Notes under the pieces: generated by a model
What the model saw: only the letters and a program-made list of their open reading frames with translations
Told to the model about the DNA's origin: nothing
The model's database searches: none
Made by a program: the position numbers and the translations under genes
Shown here: piece by piece, positions 1 through 12,723 of the stretch
Numbering within the stretch: position 1 is the stretch's first letter
How the letters are laid out: every line of letters starts with the position of its first letter
IMG/VR virus record: IMGVR_UViG_3300051212_000212
Location: 1 to 56,322 of that record
Length of the DNA: 56,322 bases
Reading direction: 5' to 3' (one strand)
Source: a virus
Taxonomy: Duplodnaviria > Caudoviricetes

Positions 1-1
1 A

Positions 2-907
2 AATCCATTTAGGTTTGATGATGCTAGAAATGCTGCGCTTGCTTTAATTCCCACCGATATTGACTACTGTATGTCCGTAGACATGGATGAGGTTTTGTCA
101 GAAAGTTGGCGGGAACAATTTAATCTTCTACCACCAGGAACTACAAGACCTATGGTTAGGCAAGCGACAAATATAAAAGACGGCAAACCAGAAATGACAT
201 TTAAATCAATTAGGGCGCATGCTAGAAATGGATTTAGATGGAAGCATCCTGTCCATGAAGCATGCGTGTCATATTTAGTTGGCGGGATAGAAGCAAGGTT
301 TGACCTAGACATAGATATAATACATTTACCAGATGATAGTAAACCTAGATCACAATATTTGCCTATGCTACAAATGGCTACACAAGAAGAGCCTAATGAT
401 GAAAGAATGTCATATTATTATGGGAGAGAATTGTTCTTCCGTAAAAAATATGATGAGGCTATAAAAGAATTAAATAGATATCTTGAACTTCCGTCCGCTA
501 CATGGAACCCAGAGAGAGCATATGCAATGAGATACCTTGCCAAATCCGATCCAGACAATAAAGAGACCTGGTTAATAAAAGCATACGAAGAGTTTCCAGA
601 ATCTAGGGATGCCATAGTTGATTTGGCAGAACATTATTACCTGAATCAAGAGTGGCAAAAATGTTTAGAGGCGGCAGAAAAAGCTTTATCCATAAAAGAA
701 AAAAGCCTAAACTACTTTACGGAATCATATGCTTGGGAAGATACCCCATATGATCTAGCCGCATTAGCTTGCTATAACTTGGGGTTATACGATAAAGCGG
801 TGGAGTATGGTAAAATTGCTATAGAATACAAGCCAGATGACGAAAGGCTGAGGGGTAATCTAGAATTCTACACACAAACTCATAACCCCCAGAATGGTAT
901 AATTTAA
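2..907 (+). CDS. GT2-like glycosyltransferase with C-terminal TPR repeats (5' truncated by window edge)
   Basis: The frame is open from position 2: [26 protein letters not shown] (F..ARN motif and DxD), then 'HPVHE' and TPR-like helices ([32 protein letters not shown]). Confidence 0.8.
   Translation, partial: NPFRFDDARNAALALIPTDIDYCMSVDMDEVLSESWREQFNLLPPGTTRPMVRQATNIKDGKPEMTFKSIRAHARNGFRWKHPVHEACVSYLVGGIEARFDLDIDIIHLPDDSKPRSQYLPMLQMATQEEPNDERMSYYYGRELFFRKKYDEAIKELNRYLELPSATWNPERAYAMRYLAKSDPDNKETWLIKAYEEFPESRDAIVDLAEHYYLNQEWQKCLEAAEKALSIKEKSLNYFTESYAWEDTPYDLAALACYNLGLYDKAVEYGKIAIEYKPDDERLRGNLEFYTQTHNPQNGII
895..903 (+). promoter_or_regulatory. Extended -10 promoter (TGGTATAAT), probably giving a leaderless transcript
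   Basis: TGnTATAAT lies 6 nt before the ATG at 910, and no SD is evident. Confidence 0.5.
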
Positions 908-909
908 GA

Positions 910-3568
<2,659 letters not shown>

Positions 3569-4541
3569 TAGGCCCAACTGGCCCAACTGGATCAACAGGT
3601 CCTACAGGCCCAACTGGACCAACAGGTGCAGCAAGCACAGTACAAGGTCCGACAGGACCAACAGGTACTGCAGCATCCATAACATTAGGAACTGTTAGCA
3701 CTGGATCTGCTGGATCAAATGCTTCTATATCAAATGTTGGAAGCGCAACAGCAGCAATATTTAATTTTACTATACCACGTGGAGACACTGGGGCACAAGG
3801 ACCGCAAGGTACAACTGGTGCAACTGGTGCAACTGGTGCAGCTGGCGCAACTGGTGCACAAGGTCCACAAGGACCGCAAGGTACAACTGGCGCAACGGGA
3901 TCACAAGGTCCACAAGGTCCTACAGGCCCAACTGGGCCAGCAGGAACAATAACCTACCCATTATATTCACCAGAATTTAATGCAGCAGTTTTAGATGGAT
4001 TTACATCTATTAAGTCAGCATCAACTGGCGGAACTGGAAGCTGGTTCCCATATTCAGATGTAACATATAACCTTGGTTCATCAACATATAAATGGAATAA
4101 TATTTATAACCGTGTTTCAACAATTAATACATCTGATCAAAGAGAAAAGAAAGATATTATTTCTTCCGATCTTGGCCTTGAATTTATAAAAGATTTAAAT
4201 CCAGTATCTTATAGATTTATAGTTGGTCAAAATTCAGAAGTTTTAGATGAAAATGGTAATCACGTTCTTGATGGAAATGGAAATCCTACATATCAACCAG
4301 AACCAGGTTTAAGATATCATTACGGATTAATTTCTCAAGAAGTAAAACAAACAGTAGATAATCATACTGACAAAGATTTTGCTGGGTGGATTTTAATGAA
4401 TCCGTCTGACCCTAACTCAGAACAAGGTTTACGTTATGGGGAATTTATTGCTCCACTTATTAAAGCTGTGCAAGAATTGTCTGCACAAGTAGAGGCTCTT
4501 CAGCAAGAGATAGAAACTCTTAAAAATCAGTAGGAGATTAA

Positions 4542-6386
4542 ATGGCATATAAAGATGTAATCCTATCTGATAGTCCAATAGCGTTCTTAAGATCTAATAA
4601 TGTAACAGGAACAGGAGTGGCGACGTATCAGGAAGTACTAGATAATTATAGTACTTACTCTGAATTGTTTGCTGACATTGAAGATTACTCATCAATAGTT
4701 GGAAGTGCAATTATTGATGAATCCCCCTGCGGGAATAATGCTTCGTATATTGGAGACATCCAGACTAACCTACTGCCAGTAATTCCAGGAGAAACTTATG
4801 GAATGAAGATAGATGTAGATAGTTCTATTGTTGTAACAATATCAAATGATTATCAAGGACGGGCAGTGTCTGGTAGCGCATTTGGAACAACTTATAATTC
4901 AGATAATGACTTTACATTATCATTATGGGTAAGACCAAAAATATCAAGTACAGGACTAATACCATTGCTTGCAGATACAACAAATGGAATAGGATTATAT
5001 TATCAAAAAGGTAATATTGTATTTAAATTACAGAATGAAGTAGTAGAATATACTCTGCCATATTTAGACAGATCTTTTTATGTGGCGGGAACCTATAATG
5101 GCACAACCATGAATCTATATATAGATGGAGAATCAAAGTCTATTAAGACTTTAAGTAATTTCTCTTTTACAAATACATCGGTAAATTTGCAAATTGGACC
5201 AACTGCTTCTAATGAGTATTTTATAACAAATGGGGTAGCGATATACAGATATGCTTTAGGTGCTGCAGATTTTGCTGATCATATGAATCAATCTATTGGA
5301 ATTCCACCATTGCAGGTAGCCTCCGTAGATAATGGAAGTTTATTTGAGTTATATGACAGCACAGCGTCAGATACATTTAGTTTTACATATCCAACAAATA
5401 AAAGCTGGTCTTATCTTGTAGAAGATGGTTTGGCATATGATACTGTGTCTAATAATTTATATATGGAAAAGACAACAGGAGCAACGGCACAAACAATAGA
5501 GGTTGAAGATTTTATATTTTTGCCTACAACAAATAATATGGATTCTTCAAAAATAGAATGGTCTGGAGATAATGGCGTAGCAATACATGCCAGCCTAGAT
5601 GGAGTTACATATGTGCCTTGCATAAATGGCGGGGTTATTCCAGGATATTCCCTATCCTCATTTAGCTCAGATAGAAAACTATATTTAAAGTTTATTTTTA
5701 CATCAACAGATTCAAGTCGATATACACCAAAACTAGAGTATGTATTTATTAAAATGTATAATAATTACTCTGAGTCTGCTACAAATTCAGCAGATTATTT
5801 TACAACTCTTGAAGGCGTATCTGGAGTGTCTAACTACGATGTCACAATAGGCAATAATCTATTTCCAGCCCTGATTAGAGACGCTAGGAACGGTGTTCAG
5901 GTATCATCAGGCTCTGGCTTCCTAATAAACTCTCAAAACGGCTTCAGGACCCTTGAATTCTTTTATACTCCAAAGACCCTATCGGCAAGTGGACTTATAT
6001 CAGATTCAATCTATTATAGATGGAATGGGTCTGGTTTAATATCATCAAATGGAATTAGTTGGATCTATGTTAATGGGGTAGACAAAACAACTGCTACAAA
6101 TGTTTCTCAATTATTTGAGGCTGGTGAAACATATCACGTTATGATTGGCCTAACAAGCCTAGCCTCTGGCGCAATTAAATTTAATCACACATCTTCTGGA
6201 TCGGCGGCAGCAAGATATCAAAATATAACCCTATACCCAACCATATTGGCTCAGTCAAAGGTTCAAGAAAATTATAATTTGTATAGGGGAACTTCTCAAT
6301 TTACAGTAAGCGCAGGTGCATTCTCTGTGACAGAATCATCGGCTGAGTACTATAATATTGACTGGACAGTGGTCGAAAACGCATAA
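4542..6386 (+). CDS. LamG/concanavalin-A-like domain virion protein
   Basis: 'AYKDVILSDSPIAFLR' N-terminus and 'FTLSLWVRP...FYVAGTYNGTTMNLYIDG' LamG pattern; SD AGGAG. Confidence 0.7.
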   Translation: MAYKDVILSDSPIAFLRSNNVTGTGVATYQEVLDNYSTYSELFADIEDYSSIVGSAIIDESPCGNNASYIGDIQTNLLPVIPGETYGMKIDVDSSIVVTISNDYQGRAVSGSAFGTTYNSDNDFTLSLWVRPKISSTGLIPLLADTTNGIGLYYQKGNIVFKLQNEVVEYTLPYLDRSFYVAGTYNGTTMNLYIDGESKSIKTLSNFSFTNTSVNLQIGPTASNEYFITNGVAIYRYALGAADFADHMNQSIGIPPLQVASVDNGSLFELYDSTASDTFSFTYPTNKSWSYLVEDGLAYDTVSNNLYMEKTTGATAQTIEVEDFIFLPTTNNMDSSKIEWSGDNGVAIHASLDGVTYVPCINGGVIPGYSLSSFSSDRKLYLKFIFTSTDSSRYTPKLEYVFIKMYNNYSESATNSADYFTTLEGVSGVSNYDVTIGNNLFPALIRDARNGVQVSSGSGFLINSQNGFRTLEFFYTPKTLSASGLISDSIYYRWNGSGLISSNGISWIYVNGVDKTTATNVSQLFEAGETYHVMIGLTSLASGAIKFNHTSSGSAAARYQNITLYPTILAQSKVQENYNLYRGTSQFTVSAGAFSVTESSAEYYNIDWTVVENA

Positions 6387-6448
6387 TTTTGTCAAATCGC
6401 TTGACAAAAAGCTGGACTTAGATACATCAAGGTGGTAAAATAAACACA

Positions 6449-6781
6449 ATGGACATGAAAGCAAAGATTTTAGATGAAGAGACCCGCCTAGGTATCTATG
6501 TATGGGAAATGCCAGATGGTCGTTGGATCGGCGACGATGAAGGAAATTACCTATCCATAACATCGACAAAAGGAAATAGGTCTAGAATTGACGCTCTTGC
6601 CAGAGAGGTTCGTTCTTATGGAATTTATGAGGGAACTCCTAAATTCTTATCTGGAAGGCGGAAAATAGATGATGAAGAATTTGAACTACAGCAACAAAGA
6701 TTAAAGTGGGGTCTGGTTCCAGATCCTTTGGATATTGGAAATTATAAGGATGAGATGAAGAATCTCAAGGGTGGCAATTAA
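6449..6781 (+). CDS. Hypothetical protein preceding portal
   Basis: 110-aa ORF with TAATG coupling to the portal gene; TGGTAAAAT upstream. Confidence 0.7.
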   Translation: MDMKAKILDEETRLGIYVWEMPDGRWIGDDEGNYLSITSTKGNRSRIDALAREVRSYGIYEGTPKFLSGRRKIDDEEFELQQQRLKWGLVPDPLDIGNYKDEMKNLKGGN

Positions 6782-8358
6782 TGGAATACATGGATGAAGA
6801 CGATTCACAAGATATAGTAATTAGCAATTCGTCTGATTGGACTTTGCCTTCTTCAAAAGATATTAAGTCAAACGATCCATTTAAGGCTGAGGGTGAAGCT
6901 CTTCTAAAGATACAAGGGCTCGGAACAGCAATGCGTCGTAAGATACACAGAACCCTAGAAAAAAGATTTACTGGACAAGAAGGAACAGAAACTCAACAGA
7001 TTCTTCTTGCACAAGCAATTACTGGATACGCAACATTTGATCTTATTGAGCCATCCTACAACCTAGATTATCTATCTAGAATTTATGAAATATCTCCATA
7101 TAACTATGCAGCAATTAATGCAAAGGTAGCAAATATTGTTGGTCTTGGATATTCTTTTGTTGAAACTAAAAAGACTAACGATGCTTTAGATTCAATTACA
7201 GATGATAAGCAATTGGAAAGAGCACGTAGAAAATTAAATAAACTTCGTCAAGACTTACAGGATTGGTTAGATTCAACAAACGAAGAAGATACATTTACAG
7301 AAACTTTAATTAAGGCGTATACAGATCTTGAAGCAACAGGAAATGGCTATCTTGAAATAGGCCGCACAACTTCTGGAAATATCGGATATATCGGACATAT
7401 TCCAGCAAAGACAATGCGTGTGCGTCGCCTGCGTGATGGCTTTGTTCAATTGCTTTACGGCAAGGCTGTGTTCTTCCGTAACTTTGGAGATCAGGAAACT
7501 CCTAACCCATTGTCGGGCGGAAACGATAGACCAAATGAAGTTATACATCTAAAGAAATATACACCGATGAATAACTATTACGGTATCCCAGATATCGTAG
7601 CATCTTCAAATGCTATGGCTGGAAACGAATTTGCTGGCAAATATAACTTAGATTATTTTGAAAACAAAGCAGTTCCAAGATATATTATTACCGTTAAAGG
7701 TGCTAAACTTTCAAGCGAATCAGAGCGCAAGCTTCTTGAATTTTTCCAGGTTGGATTAAAGGGTAAGAACCATAGGTCTCTATATATTCCACTTCCTCCA
7801 GATAGCCAGGATTCTAAAACTGAATTTAAGATGGAACCAATTGAGGCGGGTAATCAAGAAGGCTCATTTGAGAAATACCGTAAGACAAATAGAGACGAAA
7901 TATTACTTGCTCACAGAACACCAATTAATAAAATTGGAACACCAGAGGGTGTTAATTTAGCAGTTGCTCGTGATGCAGATAAAACATTTAAAGAACAGGT
8001 TTGCCGTCCAGCACAGGATAAACTTGAAAAGAAATTAAATAGAATATTTGCAGAAAAGACAGATGCTCTATTAATTAAATTCAACGAGCTAACCCTGACA
8101 GATGAGGACACTCAGTCTAAGATTGATGAGCGTTATTTGAGAATGCAGGTAATTACTCCAAATGAAGTTCGTATCCGTAAGGGTATGATTCCTCTAGACG
8201 GAGGAGACGAAGTGGTACAATTAAAACCACAACAACAGGCGGATATTAGGGCAAATGCTGGAAATACCAGAGCTAGGTCCCAAGAAAGACAAAATACCCA
8301 GCCAGACATTTCGGGAGAAGCAAGGAACCCAAAGGGCGAAGGAAGACAAGTCGAGTAG
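6781..8358 (+). CDS. Phage portal protein
   Basis: 'TDLEATGNGYLEI.R', 'NEVIHLKKYTP...YYGIPD', 'YFENKAVP', 'ITPNEVR...G..PL.GGD'; located upstream of the protease and capsid genes. Confidence 0.92.
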   Translation: MEYMDEDDSQDIVISNSSDWTLPSSKDIKSNDPFKAEGEALLKIQGLGTAMRRKIHRTLEKRFTGQEGTETQQILLAQAITGYATFDLIEPSYNLDYLSRIYEISPYNYAAINAKVANIVGLGYSFVETKKTNDALDSITDDKQLERARRKLNKLRQDLQDWLDSTNEEDTFTETLIKAYTDLEATGNGYLEIGRTTSGNIGYIGHIPAKTMRVRRLRDGFVQLLYGKAVFFRNFGDQETPNPLSGGNDRPNEVIHLKKYTPMNNYYGIPDIVASSNAMAGNEFAGKYNLDYFENKAVPRYIITVKGAKLSSESERKLLEFFQVGLKGKNHRSLYIPLPPDSQDSKTEFKMEPIEAGNQEGSFEKYRKTNRDEILLAHRTPINKIGTPEGVNLAVARDADKTFKEQVCRPAQDKLEKKLNRIFAEKTDALLIKFNELTLTDEDTQSKIDERYLRMQVITPNEVRIRKGMIPLDGGDEVVQLKPQQQADIRANAGNTRARSQERQNTQPDISGEARNPKGEGRQVE

Positions 8359-8376
8359 TCCTACTCAACTAATTAT

Positions 8377-8405
8377 TTGCCTTTTTATATATAAAAAATT
8401 ATAAT
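8377..8405 (+). promoter_or_regulatory. Sigma70-like promoter (TTGCCT-N17-TATAAT)
   Basis: -35 at 8377-8382 and -10 at 8400-8405; the ATG follows 7 nt later (leaderless-like). Confidence 0.55.
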
Positions 8406-8412
8406 TGACCAT

Positions 8413-9726
8413 ATGAATATTGAAAAATCGCATTGGTCTGCTGACGGAGACAGGATCTCGTTTTCTGTTCCCTTCACCAAAGTCAATCGTGAAAAAAGAA
8501 CAGTCTCAGGTTTTGCAACACTAGATAACCTAGATCAGACTGGCGATGTAGTCACAGCAGAAGCATCATCAAAAGCTTTTGAAAGTTTCCGTGGCAACAT
8601 CAGAGAAATGCACGGACCTACAGCAGTAGGTAAAATGCTTTCGTTCAGATCAGAATCTTTCTATGATCCAAAGTCTGGAGATTTTTTCAATGGCATTTAT
8701 GTAGATGTTTATGTTTCAAAGGGTGCACAAGATACTTGGGAAAAAGTTCTTGATGGCACTCTTTCTGGTTTCTCAATCGGCGGAAAGATTAAAGATTCAG
8801 ATAACGAAGTAAACAAGGCCACAGGACAAACAACAAGATTTATTAAGGAATATGATTTGATGGAGTTGTCAATTGTTGACTCTCCAGCAAATGAGCTTTG
8901 CAACATCCTGTCTATTCAGAAAATGAATGGGCAACTAGTGTTTAAGGGAATGGCTGCAGAAGTACAAACAGAGAATATCTTTTATTGTGAAGATAGCGAC
9001 TCTGTATTCATGTCCACAGAGTCAACATACACATCTCCAGTTTCTGGAAAACCAGCAACACTAATTGGGTGGGTAGAATCTAACGACATTAATAAAGCAA
9101 AAGAAATAGATAGAATTCTTGATTCATATAAGAAGTCAAGAGTAACGTTGCCTGATACACAAATAATTGCAAAACAGGCAAACGCAGAAGGAGGTAATGA
9201 AGTGTCAGAAAACACAGAAAACACAGTAGTTGAAGAAACTCCTGCCGTTGAAGAAGCAGCACCAGTAGTCGAAGAGACAGCTCCTGCTGCAGATGCACCT
9301 GCTGAAGCAGTTGCAGACGCTTCTGCTGAAACTCTGGAAAAAGCAGCCGATGTATCAGAAGTTGAGGTTGATGAACCTGATTTTGCAAAGATGCTAGGCG
9401 AACTCAAGGGCTTTTTCTCAGACACTTTGAATAAGGCGTCAGAAGCTAATGCCGCTCAAGTAACATCCATTAAGGATACAGTTGAGACATTTAGCAAGAG
9501 TGTAGACACCAGAATTTCAGAGTTGGCAGAACAGCATGCTGCATTAAGCAAGGCTGTAGAAGATATAAAGGGCACAATCGACAATGTCGAAAAGCGTGTC
9601 GACGCAGTTGAATCAGAGACTGCAATTAAGAAGTCCTCAGACCTTGGCGGGTCTCAGGAAGTTACACTCAAAAAATCCAAATGGAACGGTTCTTTCCTTG
9701 GTTCCGTAAACGAACTTTTTAATTAA
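8413..9726 (+). CDS. Prohead protease (HK97-type) fused to scaffold region
   Basis: 'RTVSGFATLDNLDQTGD', 'IREMH', 'GTLSGFSIGG', 'ELSIVDSPAN'; acidic and coiled-coil C-terminal half. Confidence 0.88.
   Translation: MNIEKSHWSADGDRISFSVPFTKVNREKRTVSGFATLDNLDQTGDVVTAEASSKAFESFRGNIREMHGPTAVGKMLSFRSESFYDPKSGDFFNGIYVDVYVSKGAQDTWEKVLDGTLSGFSIGGKIKDSDNEVNKATGQTTRFIKEYDLMELSIVDSPANELCNILSIQKMNGQLVFKGMAAEVQTENIFYCEDSDSVFMSTESTYTSPVSGKPATLIGWVESNDINKAKEIDRILDSYKKSRVTLPDTQIIAKQANAEGGNEVSENTENTVVEETPAVEEAAPVVEETAPAADAPAEAVADASAETLEKAADVSEVEVDEPDFAKMLGELKGFFSDTLNKASEANAAQVTSIKDTVETFSKSVDTRISELAEQHAALSKAVEDIKGTIDNVEKRVDAVESETAIKKSSDLGGSQEVTLKKSKWNGSFLGSVNELFN
9202..9726 (+). CDS. Probable nested in-frame scaffold protein (internal GTG start)
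   Basis: AGGAGGT at 9189-9195 lies 6 nt before an in-frame GTG at 9202, at the boundary of the acidic region. Confidence 0.55.
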   Translation: MSENTENTVVEETPAVEEAAPVVEETAPAADAPAEAVADASAETLEKAADVSEVEVDEPDFAKMLGELKGFFSDTLNKASEANAAQVTSIKDTVETFSKSVDTRISELAEQHAALSKAVEDIKGTIDNVEKRVDAVESETAIKKSSDLGGSQEVTLKKSKWNGSFLGSVNELFN

Positions 9727-9743
9727 AGGAGGGTAGAAAAAAA

Positions 9744-10793
9744 ATGAGCAATGAAACATTAGAAAAAGCAGTTGCCGCTGGTACGACAGAGACAGCCACT
9801 ATGGTTGGTTCTTCGTTCTCAGACACAGGTATCCATCGTGCAAACGAGGGTAAGGGTGGTCTTCTAAATCCAGAGCAGTCTGCACGTTTTCTTGATTACA
9901 TGTTCGATGCAACTGTAATCGGCAAAGTGGCTCGTACTGTTCGCATGCGAGCAGACACCACAGAGATTGATCGTATTGGCGTTGGGGAGAAACTTATGAA
10001 ACTCGCCACCGAAGCTGACAATACTGCTACAAACGCAGCAGTCACTTTCTCCAAGATTTCTCTCACAACAAAGAAGCTCCGCCTAGATTGGGAACTCTCA
10101 ACAGAGTCTCTAGAAGACAACATTGAAGGTCCAGATCTAGAGGATCATATTGCACGTATGATGGCTACACAGGCAGGTAACGACATTGAGGATGTAATCC
10201 TTAATGGAGATACTGGTAACACAGGAGATGCACTTTATAAGGCATTCAACGGTGTTGTTAAGCTATCAAAGGCAAATGGCCGTGTAGTAGATGGCGGTGG
10301 AAATAACATTTCCCGTGAAATCTTCAACAAGGCACTCAAGGCTATGCCACGTAAGTACAAGCAACGTCGCAACGACCTTCGCTTCCTTGCTGGATCGAAC
10401 TTGATTCAAGATTATCTATACAGCACATCTCAAAACATTCAAAATGTTAACCCACAGGATATCGCTTCAAGCATTATCCGTGGCGACCAGCCAGGTCTTG
10501 GTGGTCCAGCAGGTTTCGTAGCACCTTTTGCATTCGGTATTCCGATTGTTGAAGTTCCGCTACTTCCAGAAACTCAAGCTGGCGACTATTCAGGCGCAGC
10601 TGGTTCACATGGCGATGTCCACTTGACATTCCCAAATAACGTTGTTATTGGTGTTAAGCGTGATGTAACCGTATATCGTTTCTTCTGGCCACGTAAGGAC
10701 TCCATCGAGTACACAATGTATACTCGTGTTGGCGTTCAAATCGAGCAAGCAGATTGCTGGGTCGTAGTCAAGAACGTTAAGGTCGCTTCCTAA
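9744..10793 (+). CDS. Major capsid protein (HK97 fold)
   Basis: 'GGLLNPEQSARFLDYM', 'ELSTESLEDNIEG', 'ILNGD'; strong SD; follows the protease gene and is followed by a terminator. Confidence 0.92.
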   Translation: MSNETLEKAVAAGTTETATMVGSSFSDTGIHRANEGKGGLLNPEQSARFLDYMFDATVIGKVARTVRMRADTTEIDRIGVGEKLMKLATEADNTATNAAVTFSKISLTTKKLRLDWELSTESLEDNIEGPDLEDHIARMMATQAGNDIEDVILNGDTGNTGDALYKAFNGVVKLSKANGRVVDGGGNNISREIFNKALKAMPRKYKQRRNDLRFLAGSNLIQDYLYSTSQNIQNVNPQDIASSIIRGDQPGLGGPAGFVAPFAFGIPIVEVPLLPETQAGDYSGAAGSHGDVHLTFPNNVVIGVKRDVTVYRFFWPRKDSIEYTMYTRVGVQIEQADCWVVVKNVKVAS

Positions 10794-10814
10794 TTTATAG
10801 GATTTAGACTGCAT

Positions 10815-10852
10815 AAAAGCCCCTAAATTAATTTTTGGGGGCTTTTACTTTT
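10815..10852 (+). terminator. Rho-independent terminator after the capsid gene
   Basis: AAAAGCCCC...GGGGCTTTT stem followed by a T-rich tract. Confidence 0.75.
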
Positions 10853-10898
10853 AATTTACTAATGCTATAATTGATTTACCTAGAATAAGGAGAAATAC

Positions 10899-11297
10899 AT
10901 GTCATTTGATACACTTAAGGTATCCGAATTAAAGAAGATTGCAGAAGATTTCGCAGTCGAGACAAATGGATTAAAAACTAAAACAGACATTATTGCAGCC
11001 CTAGCAGATGAAGGCGTTTCATGGTCGATATACCAGAACACGCTAGAAAAAGTGGCGGAAGCAGCAGAAGAAGTAGACGAAATTCTACCTAGATTTGATT
11101 CAAAGGCGGTACAGCCAGAAAACACAGTCCTAGTTAGAATGAATAGAGAAAACTTCAGGTATGATATCAATGGATATACCTTTACAAAAGAACATCCATT
11201 TGTGGCAATGCCAGAAGACGATGCTCAGAAAATTTTTGACAAGGAGGAAGGTTTCAGATTAGCAACCCCGAAAGAGGTTCAAGAGTACTACAGCTAA
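10899..11297 (+). CDS. Hypothetical protein with N-terminal Rho-N/HeH-like helix pair
   Basis: 'LKVSELKKIAEDFAV...KTKTDIIAAL'; TGCTATAAT at 10863 and SD AAGGAG. Confidence 0.65.
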   Translation: MSFDTLKVSELKKIAEDFAVETNGLKTKTDIIAALADEGVSWSIYQNTLEKVAEAAEEVDEILPRFDSKAVQPENTVLVRMNRENFRYDINGYTFTKEHPFVAMPEDDAQKIFDKEEGFRLATPKEVQEYYS

Positions 11298-11311
11298 TCT
11301 AGGCCTTTATA

Positions 11312-12307
11312 ATGGCAGAGATATATGTAAATACAATTAGTAAAGTCGGCATGAAAACTTTTTATGCTGGAAATATTATCGACGCTCTAATACCAATAAC
11401 AGCGTCAATTTATGATATTACAGAAGATCAAACTATATCTCCTGCTATTAGCCCAACAACTCCATTGTATGCAGGTATCATTGCTGAGAAAACAGAAACA
11501 GACCCTGGCTCATATGAGATCATAATCCCATATGCAATTACAAATAGACCAAGAAAGCTAAAGGTTACTTGGCAATACTTGTATGGTTCCCAGGCTATAA
11601 CTCAGTATACATTTGTTGATGTTGTTGTACCTTATGCTTCTATTGAAGAAGCAATTACAGATTTAGGAATCAGCACAGATCCAAGCGATCCAAATTACAA
11701 GAGCTACCATGAATTAAGCATGGCAGAAAAGTATGCCCGTAAAGTTGTTGAAGATTTTACAGGGCAAGATTTCTATACTTATTTTGATGTAGATGTTGTA
11801 TATGGAAGCGGATCAGATATACTGCCTACATCCACTAGAGTAGAAAAGATTTATAAGCTATATGCAGATGATATTCTTCTTATAGATACACTTGCTAATC
11901 CTCCAGTAAATAATTGGGGATACACTCCAATCATTTCAGAGACTGGATTTGGAATTAGGCTAGATAGAACAACCCTACTAGATAATACAGTTTATGTCGC
12001 AAACGGAATGGTTCCACCATCAATTAGCGACGAGTACGCAGGACAGGCTTTCAGAAAGGGTGTTCGCTATAAGATTGTAGGAGAGTTTGGCTGGAGTCGA
12101 GTACCAGATGAAGTTGAGCAGGCAACAATACAACTTATGGGTCATTACTTTGCTAAAGATAGAGCATGGGCAGATAGATATCTAAAGAATGTATCCACAT
12201 TTGACTGGGACTTTGAGTATAGCGATGAAGTCTATAAGGGAACTGGTTGTGCTTATGCGGATAAGCTTTTGTCTGAATACGTTATAACCAGTATCATACT
12301 GGTATAA
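11312..12307 (+). CDS. Head-tail adaptor/connector protein
   Basis: 'YARKVVEDFTGQDF', 'GEFGWSRVPDEVEQATIQL', 'TGCAYADKLLSEY'; position after the capsid gene. Confidence 0.65.
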   Translation: MAEIYVNTISKVGMKTFYAGNIIDALIPITASIYDITEDQTISPAISPTTPLYAGIIAEKTETDPGSYEIIIPYAITNRPRKLKVTWQYLYGSQAITQYTFVDVVVPYASIEEAITDLGISTDPSDPNYKSYHELSMAEKYARKVVEDFTGQDFYTYFDVDVVYGSGSDILPTSTRVEKIYKLYADDILLIDTLANPPVNNWGYTPIISETGFGIRLDRTTLLDNTVYVANGMVPPSISDEYAGQAFRKGVRYKIVGEFGWSRVPDEVEQATIQLMGHYFAKDRAWADRYLKNVSTFDWDFEYSDEVYKGTGCAYADKLLSEYVITSIILV

Positions 12308-12723
12308 TGTTTGGGTTAATAGATTCCGTTCTCTCAATGAAGCTTGACGTTTATCGTCAAGTAGATTCACAAGATGAAGAGACTGGTGCTATACGAAAGT
12401 ATTGGCAATATTATAAAACTCTTGATTGCCATGCAAAAGGAGTAATAACAAATTCAGCTACAACAAGATCAAGCGATAAGCAAATTATTTCTAACAAATA
12501 TGCATTCGATCAAATCATCCAGGTTAGAACAGATGTTAAATTAAGTCTAAGAGAAAAAATATCAAATATTAGGTCTGCAGAAGGTGTAGTCATTTGGCAA
12601 GAACTAGACTATCCAAACGAGACTCCAACAGTTTTTGAGGTTATGGGGGTAACTCCAATTACTGATCCTTTTGGTGCTTTGATAGGATACATCTCTAAAG
12701 AGGTCGGAGGTACAAAGACTTGA
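12307..12723 (+). CDS. Head closure/stopper-like protein
   Basis: Size, beta-rich sequence and neck-module position; TAATG coupling. Confidence 0.55.
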   Translation: MFGLIDSVLSMKLDVYRQVDSQDEETGAIRKYWQYYKTLDCHAKGVITNSATTRSSDKQIISNKYAFDQIIQVRTDVKLSLREKISNIRSAEGVVIWQELDYPNETPTVFEVMGVTPITDPFGALIGYISKEVGGTKT

